This document shows, piece by piece, positions 9,014 through 13,968 of a stretch of DNA of 26,092 nt (positions are counted from its first letter, which is position 1; every line of letters begins with the position of its first letter). A model generated the notes under the pieces. The model was not told the DNA's origin. It did not search any database and was given only the letters and a program-made list of their open reading frames with translations. The stretch covers positions 1-26,092 of the IMG/VR virus record IMGVR_UViG_3300009095_001043. One strand, 5' to 3'. Made by a program: the position numbers and the translations under genes. The stretch is from a virus. Lineage: Duplodnaviria; Caudoviricetes.

Positions 9014-9037
9014 ATCTATCAGTTTTTAATTATAGAG

Positions 9038-9077
9038 CAAATATAGTATATTTTTTAATATACAAATATTTTGTATA
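9038..9077 (-). promoter_or_regulatory. Bacteroidota-type promoter with palindromic operator
   Basis: TATATTTG (9038-9045) and palindrome TATACAAA-TAT-TTTGTATA (9059-9077). Near-copy of 4984-5024. Confidence 0.7.
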
Positions 9078-9155
9078 AAAAAATTATATTATAAAAATTG
9101 AATTATTGTAACATGATACTTGGACGTGTTACAAAAATCGAAAAGTCTTAACACG

Positions 9156-9185
9156 AAAAAAGCCACCCGTAATTGAGTGGCTTTT
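9156..9185 (-). terminator. Intrinsic terminator
   Basis: AAAAGCCAC...GTGGCTTTT hairpin right after the stop at 9188. Confidence 0.75.
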
Positions 9186-9187
9186 GT

Positions 9188-9430
9188 TTAATCGAATAAT
9201 GATAGTTGAACTACATTAGCATGTTTTTGTTTTGGTATAATCGGCTCTATATCATCTTTAAAGCATTCACTGCATCTGTACAATTCTTTTGTTGTATTCC
9301 ATGATTTCCCATTCAGGACATGATTACACTTAATAAATCCAGCACGAACGATATGCCTAACAGATTCAATAACAACCGAACCGCTTACCCATACTTTTAG
9401 TCCGTTCTTTATCTCAAATGTGTTTTTCAT
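9188..9430 (-). CDS. Hypothetical protein, possibly Zn-binding
   Basis: 80 aa with CNH and CSEC, ending QLSLFD, which resembles a sliding-clamp-binding motif. Confidence 0.65.
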   Translation of the reverse strand: MKNTFEIKNGLKVWVSGSVVIESVRHIVRAGFIKCNHVLNGKSWNTTKELYRCSECFKDDIEPIIPKQKHANVVQLSLFD

Positions 9431-9549
9431 TTCTATTTAAGTTATTAAACACCACATTGAGTGGCTTTAGTTATAAACTAGACTAATCTCTCCAATTTGG
9501 ATGTATTAGTCTTATAAAACTAGACTTATCTATTAGTTATCTGATATAC

Positions 9550-9789
9550 CTAATCAAAACTCATCATCACATCAAAGAATGAGGCGTTATCAACTCTATT
9601 CACTTTCTGCCTAAGTTCATTTTGTTGTTCAGCAGTCAGTTTTATAGTCACCACTCGTCTATCTGTTTGACCTGTCGCCTGAAATGCAGCTATGTTAATA
9701 ACAACAAAATGAAGCGAACAAGGCACATCAGATAACACGGGTTTTGCGTCATTTGGGCTGACGCTTTGCCCTTCAACATTTGTACTCAT
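9550..9789 (-). CDS. Cassette-encoded hypothetical protein 1
   Basis: 79 aa. ATG lies in the loop of hairpin A and the stop abuts the GTT-core repeat. Confidence 0.7.
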   Translation of the reverse strand: MSTNVEGQSVSPNDAKPVLSDVPCSLHFVVINIAAFQATGQTDRRVVTIKLTAEQQNELRQKVNRVDNASFFDVMMSFD

Positions 9790-9869
9790 TTTATCTGTAG
9801 TTTTTATTGTGAACGATATATTTTCAAAACCCGCACGAACGCAAAGCCCTTGCTCGTTATGGGCAATGC
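9722..9869. repeat. attC-like site A
   Basis: ATAAC-AC-GGGTTTTGCGT-CATTTGGG ... CCCGCACG-A-ACGCAAAGCCC-TTGCTC-GTTAT. Confidence 0.72.
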
Positions 9870-10093
9870 TAATGATACCACGGTGTCATACATAGCAGAC
9901 AGAAAGCCTGTCCACGTCCATCGCCACTAATTAACTTCGGTTCTTTGCAATCGCACCACTTATTCCCACAATCATCTGTTACAGGCTTTCTCTTACCCCA
10001 GTTCCAAGGTCTGCGTGAAGCACTGCCTACAACAGGCGGTTTGCCGTCAGCAGGGCTGACGTGCAAGTTTTTGGGTTTTGTTTCTTTATTCAT
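9869..10093 (-). CDS. Cassette-encoded small Cys-rich (Zn-ribbon-like) protein 2
   Basis: 74 aa with WCDC...CLLC. ATG lies in the loop of hairpin B. Confidence 0.7.
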   Translation of the reverse strand: MNKETKPKNLHVSPADGKPPVVGSASRRPWNWGKRKPVTDDCGNKWCDCKEPKLISGDGRGQAFCLLCMTPWYH

Positions 10094-10168
10094 CTTATTG
10101 CTATTTTGAAAGTTTGTAATTCTATTTCCCTGCCGAACGGCAAGCTGCCAGACCGTTATAGGTCATTT
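10020..10168. repeat. attC-like site B
   Basis: AAC-A-GGCGGTTTGCCGT-CAGCAGGG ... CCCTGCCG-A-ACGGCAAGCTGCC-AGACC-GTT. Confidence 0.75.
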
Positions 10169-10514
10169 AAATAAGCTCTATTCTAAAGCATCGATTTTCT
10201 AATAAGCGTTCGCATTGCCTCCAATCAGTAAGGTATTTATTCGCATGTTCAATAGCTTCTTTTTCATCGAGTTCAGGAGAATAAGTAAACCAAATATCAT
10301 ATCTTTCCTCTGCTAATTTCTTAGCGTGTTCTGGAATCTCATCAACTTTTTCAAACGAATGAAAACTAAACGTGTGAAATGGAGTTATAACCTTTTCGTT
10401 TTCTAAATATTTTACTTCGGCATAAAACGTGAACTCCCTACCATTTGACACTTTTACAATATCTCCTAAGTTTAGTTTATTGCCTATTCTGTCGTATAAT
10501 TCTAATTTGAACAT
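10167..10514 (-). CDS. Hypothetical protein with YopX-like N-terminal pattern
   Basis: LYDRIGNKLNLGDIVKV. The stop lies 12 nt from the GTT of site B. Confidence 0.7.
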   Translation of the reverse strand: MFKLELYDRIGNKLNLGDIVKVSNGREFTFYAEVKYLENEKVITPFHTFSFHSFEKVDEIPEHAKKLAEERYDIWFTYSPELDEKEAIEHANKYLTDWRQCERLLENRCFRIELI

Positions 10515-10518
10515 GATT

Positions 10519-10728
10519 TTAAATTTTCGATGGTTTCAAATCAATTTCAATCCCCAATTTATCACAAATGACAATTAGGCTATCTACATTATAAGGCTTA
10601 TCGCCTTTGATTATTGTGTGAATAGTCCTTCTACTCACGTTTACCGATTTTGAAAACTCCAAAATGCTTCCACGCTTTAGAATTTCTTCACGGATTTTTA
10701 ACCCGATTTGTTTTAGTTTGATTTCCAT
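10519..10728 (-). CDS. XRE-family HTH regulator
   Basis: SILEFSKSVNVSRRTIHTIIKG...NVDSLIVICDKLGI. Confidence 0.8.
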   Translation of the reverse strand: MEIKLKQIGLKIREEILKRGSILEFSKSVNVSRRTIHTIIKGDKPYNVDSLIVICDKLGIEIDLKPSKI

Positions 10729-10781
10729 GATTTCTGTTTTTTAAATATTTAATTCCTTTTATTTAACACCCCCCGATAGTG

Positions 10782-11036
10782 TTATGCGATATTTTCCTGG
10801 AGAAGATTAATCGCAGAAATTGTAACCGAACTATCTTTATTTTTTTCTAAAAGATAATTAAACACTCTTTCAACTCCTGGAGTAGCTTTTACAAGTTTCG
10901 TAAACTCTTTTAAAACGTTACTGTTTACGGGTCTATTTCTTACGAAATCTCTGTACAAATAAATACCGTGTGAAAATTCAAACTTATTTTCATTTGTGAA
11001 TTTATCGTGAAATTCTATGTATTCTTTATGGTTCAT
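10782..11036 (-). CDS. Hypothetical protein
   Basis: 84 aa with an A-rich leader shared with the upstream gene. Confidence 0.65.
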   Translation of the reverse strand: MNHKEYIEFHDKFTNENKFEFSHGIYLYRDFVRNRPVNSNVLKEFTKLVKATPGVERVFNYLLEKNKDSSVTISAINLLQENIA

Positions 11037-11066
11037 AATTTCTAATTTTTAGATTTATTAAACCCT

Positions 11067-11279
11067 CTATTTAGAGGGCTCGATAACTGGGAAGCACATA
11101 ATTTCTTCATTCATTTTAATCATTTCTTCTTTCGAACGATTTACTTGTTTGTAAGTTCTTTTATGAACGCCTTCTGCTTCAATGCCTTTCGATACGGCTT
11201 CTTTATTTGCTCCTATCATATAGAATGTTTCATGGAAGCAAATTACTCTTTGTGTTTGAATTACTACTGGTGCAGCCAT
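11067..11279 (-). CDS. Hypothetical protein
   Basis: 70 aa directly downstream of the promoter at 11321. Confidence 0.65.
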   Translation of the reverse strand: MAAPVVIQTQRVICFHETFYMIGANKEAVSKGIEAEGVHKRTYKQVNRSKEEMIKMNEEIMCFPVIEPSK

Positions 11280-11320
11280 AATTTCTAATTTTTAATCGTT
11301 ATTACTTTGTTTCTGTATAG

Positions 11321-11355
11321 CAAATATAGTAACTCTTTTTCGATTGTGCAAGTTA
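11321..11355 (-). promoter_or_regulatory. Bacteroidota-type promoter
   Basis: TATATTTG at 11321-11328 with an upstream TTG. Confidence 0.6.
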
Positions 11356-11459
11356 TTACCCAATTAAATTGTTAAAATATGTTAAAATTTCAATTAGTTT
11401 AATTTAGCAACGTTTCGCTAATTCAGATGTTATGGTCAATTGCCTTGCTCATACACAAA

Positions 11460-11846
11460 TTATTTAACAATAAACTTCCAAATATTAATCACATGACGTT
11501 TACATAACATAGCATTTTCAATATCATTTTCACTGTGAAATTTAACTCCCATTTCGGCAAACATTGTCGCATGCCTATGGGATGAATCATATTTTAATCC
11601 ATCCAATTCGATTTTTTGATTTTTACGATCTAAAATATGACGTTGCATTTCTGTTATCGGTGGAAACGCTTCAAAAACTGGATACAAACGATTTGATTGC
11701 TTTGATTCGTAGTAAATCGAAGTAAATCCAGTTTCTTCATGAAGAAACTCATCATTTGAAATCTTAACACCATTATCGGTAATGAAATACGATTTTCCTG
11801 ATGGATTTGGAATGTGATATTTTCCTGATGGGAGTAGGTGGATCAT
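11460..11846 (-). CDS. Hypothetical protein
   Basis: 128 aa with ATGA coupling to the upstream ORF. Confidence 0.65.
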   Translation of the reverse strand: MIHLLPSGKYHIPNPSGKSYFITDNGVKISNDEFLHEETGFTSIYYESKQSNRLYPVFEAFPPITEMQRHILDRKNQKIELDGLKYDSSHRHATMFAEMGVKFHSENDIENAMLCKRHVINIWKFIVK

Positions 11847-12037
11847 CTCAGTAGTTTTAATTCATCAATTGAATAGGTGGCATTGGCGAAATACCAATTA
11901 TTTTTTTCGTCTGTCTGAGGGACTAAACAATTAACGTGCTGTATTCCGTTAATCCATTCATCATTAATAGCAAGTAATACTACACCAGTTGCAATGTGTT
12001 CAACTCGCTCTTTTGAAACTGTAAATAAATCACTCAT
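11843..12037 (-). CDS. Hypothetical protein
   Basis: 64 aa downstream of the promoter at 12054. Confidence 0.65.
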   Translation of the reverse strand: MSDLFTVSKERVEHIATGVVLLAINDEWINGIQHVNCLVPQTDEKNNWYFANATYSIDELKLLR

Positions 12038-12053
12038 AAATCAATTTTTTTAG

Positions 12054-12084
12054 CAAATATATACTAAAAAATTAATATACAAAA
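12054..12084 (-). promoter_or_regulatory. Bacteroidota-type promoter
   Basis: TTTGTATATT...AGTATATATTTGC on the minus strand. Confidence 0.65.
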
Positions 12085-12396
12085 CTACTGTACTTTAAAA
12101 ATTTTTGATTTATCACATGATCCACATCCCGATAGGTGCTGTTCGTAGATTTTTATTTGCATTTGCGCCTGATTATTTGCCAATGTTAATTCAACATTTT
12201 TTTTTATCAGGTCATTTGCATTAGATTCTATTTCTTTAATTTTTTGATTCATTGATTCAACTGAATCAGCCAGTATGGTGTTGATACGTTGTTCAATATC
12301 TACTTTGTCGCTACGTTTAGACAGCAATTTAGTGACGATCATTGTAATTATTGATCCTCCAGTACCTCCAATTAAAATGTCGTTGATTAAATCCAT
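12085..12396 (-). CDS. Membrane-anchored coiled-coil protein (holin-like?)
   Basis: N-terminal ILIGGTGGSIITMIVT hydrophobic segment, then KRSDK, a coiled coil and CGSC. Confidence 0.55.
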   Translation of the reverse strand: MDLINDILIGGTGGSIITMIVTKLLSKRSDKVDIEQRINTILADSVESMNQKIKEIESNANDLIKKNVELTLANNQAQMQIKIYEQHLSGCGSCDKSKIFKVQ

Positions 12397-12432
12397 CAAA
12401 ACAGTAGTTGTTTGTTTGGGTGTAAATATAAG

Positions 12433-12466
12433 AAAAAAGCCTCACAATCAATGCGAGGCTTATTTT
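12433..12466 (-). terminator. Intrinsic terminator
   Basis: AAGCCTCACA-ATCAA-TGCGAGGCTT flanked by A/T runs, after the stop at 12467. Confidence 0.7.
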
Positions 12467-13390
12467 TTATTTTTTTAGATTCAGAATCATTTCCATGTAT
12501 TCTGATTTTTTTATCGTTACTGGAACTCCCTCAGGTGTATATCCTGAATTTTTAAGGATATTGTAAGCATCCTGAACACCTTGATTGTAAGATTCAGTAC
12601 ATAATGTGAATACTGGTTCTACTGGTGCTGGTTCAATTGGTTCAGGAACTCCAAATTCAATGGTTGGTGCAGTTTGCATTGGTGGTTCCGTTACTGGTGC
12701 TGGTGCTTCGTATGCTGTTTCGAGTGCTTGCTCCTGTGCTGTTAATTCAGCCATTTTTGCTTGCATTTCAGCCATCAATCTGTTTGCCTCAGCTAATTTT
12801 TCATTTGCGATACGCTCACGTTCTTCAATTTCTTTCAAACGCTGTTCCTCTTGTTGGCGTAACATTTCCAAACGCTGTTTTTCAGCATTTCCCATATCAA
12901 CCCATGATTGGAATTCATCATCAGACATACTGGAAATTTTATCAGGTGTCAATTGATAAATTCCGTTTACCATAATTTCACCAACAGCTGAATAACCAGC
13001 TTCATTTAAACGTTGGATTCGTTCCTGATAGATACGTTGTCTTTCACGTTCCTCAGCTTCTTCAAAATCCTGAATGATCGGCTCGATATAATTCAAAATA
13101 TCCTCAGCTGGTTCAGTAAGTTGTTTTTCAAAATCCATGAAAACTTTCTTAAATGAATCAACTTGACGTGTAATTTCCAGACGGCTGTTTTTTGTAGTTG
13201 AAAGGTATTTTTTCAATTTTTTACGACCGTCAATCATTGTATCGTATTGCGCCTTATTTTCAATTTTATTGATTGATTTAAGGTTCAATAAATCAACTGG
13301 AGCATTTCCAGCCTTTGCAACGATTTCTGATTTTAGCGTGTCGATTAATTTGTTTTCGTCATTGAAAACCTTGATTTCTGTTTTGCTCAT
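12467..13390 (-). CDS. Coiled-coil phage protein (DUF1351-like N-terminus)
   Basis: RKKLKK...RLEITRQVDSFKK...E..L...IQDFEEAEERER pattern, E/Q/R-rich helix and Pro-rich linker. Confidence 0.65.
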   Translation of the reverse strand: MSKTEIKVFNDENKLIDTLKSEIVAKAGNAPVDLLNLKSINKIENKAQYDTMIDGRKKLKKYLSTTKNSRLEITRQVDSFKKVFMDFEKQLTEPAEDILNYIEPIIQDFEEAEERERQRIYQERIQRLNEAGYSAVGEIMVNGIYQLTPDKISSMSDDEFQSWVDMGNAEKQRLEMLRQQEEQRLKEIEERERIANEKLAEANRLMAEMQAKMAELTAQEQALETAYEAPAPVTEPPMQTAPTIEFGVPEPIEPAPVEPVFTLCTESYNQGVQDAYNILKNSGYTPEGVPVTIKKSEYMEMILNLKK

Positions 13391-13400
13391 GATATTTATT

Positions 13401-13655
13401 TTATTTAGATTTTACAATTACATTAATAAGTCCACCAACACATTCAATTTCGCATCCTTTAAAATCAGGGGTTTTAAGTAAATCACGAATTAATTCGTTT
13501 ACGGTGTCGGGGTTTGATATCGTATAAATACCTGTACAATTAACTAATGTTAATTTCGGCTTATCAATACCTTTAAAAACAATCTCAGTTTCGAAACCGA
13601 GTTTTCTGCATTCATTTTTAAATTCATGCATTAACGTGTGTAAATCCTTACTCAT
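13401..13655 (-). CDS. Hypothetical protein (84 aa, start revised to ATG 13655)
   Basis: A-rich leader before MSKDLH. The longer TTG start would run through the tRNA-like element. Confidence 0.65.
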   Translation of the reverse strand: MSKDLHTLMHEFKNECRKLGFETEIVFKGIDKPKLTLVNCTGIYTISNPDTVNELIRDLLKTPDFKGCEIECVGGLINVIVKSK

Positions 13656-13676
13656 AATTTTCAGTTTAAAAATTAG

Positions 13677-13733
13677 TTGCCGTGATGGGAATCGAACCCA
13701 CATTTTACAGCTATACCAATTTAGCCACGGCAA
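13677..13733 (-). ncRNA. tRNA-like element lacking an anticodon arm
   Basis: TTGCCGTG-GCTA AATTGGTA TAGC-TGTAAAAT-GTGGG TTCGATT CCCAT-CACGGCAA: acceptor-like stem, D-arm and T-arm only. Confidence 0.65.
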
Positions 13734-13791
13734 ACATTACCTAAATACGTAAATGATGGATTATCAATTACATATTACAGATATTGTGCCA

Positions 13792-13825
13792 CAAATATAT
13801 ACTATTTTTCTAATATATCATTATT
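13792..13825 (-). promoter_or_regulatory. Bacteroidota-type promoter upstream of the tRNA-like element
   Basis: AGTATATATTTGTG on the minus strand (TATATTTG at 13792-13799). Confidence 0.6.
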
Positions 13826-13968
13826 TTATCAAAAAAATATTTTCAGACGATAATTCCAATCGTAACCACTTAATTAACCCACGAACGTTATCGCCTTTAT
13901 ACTTCGAAATATCACACAATTCAACATCGTGCATAATTTCATATTCACAACCACGAAAACAAATTACA

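Larger units (their letters stand above)
9536..10168. mobile_element. Integron-like gene cassette array with atypical attC-like sites
   Basis: Two ~125-bp AAC...GTT imperfect hairpins of the same geometry. Cassette ends 9536-9550/9722-9736 and 9856-9869/10020-10033 are complementary within each cassette. Confidence 0.7.

Noticed and set aside
9722-10168. Hairpins as terminators or REP elements
   Set aside because: Loops are about 70 nt with no U-tract after the stem, and the cross-cassette end complementarity would be unexplained.
13677-13733. Functional tRNA gene
   Set aside because: No anticodon stem-loop and only about 57 nt; kept as a tRNA-like element.
13656-13733. N-terminal extension of ORF 13401-13733
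   Set aside because: The TTG start runs through the RNA structure; ATG 13655 has the typical leader.
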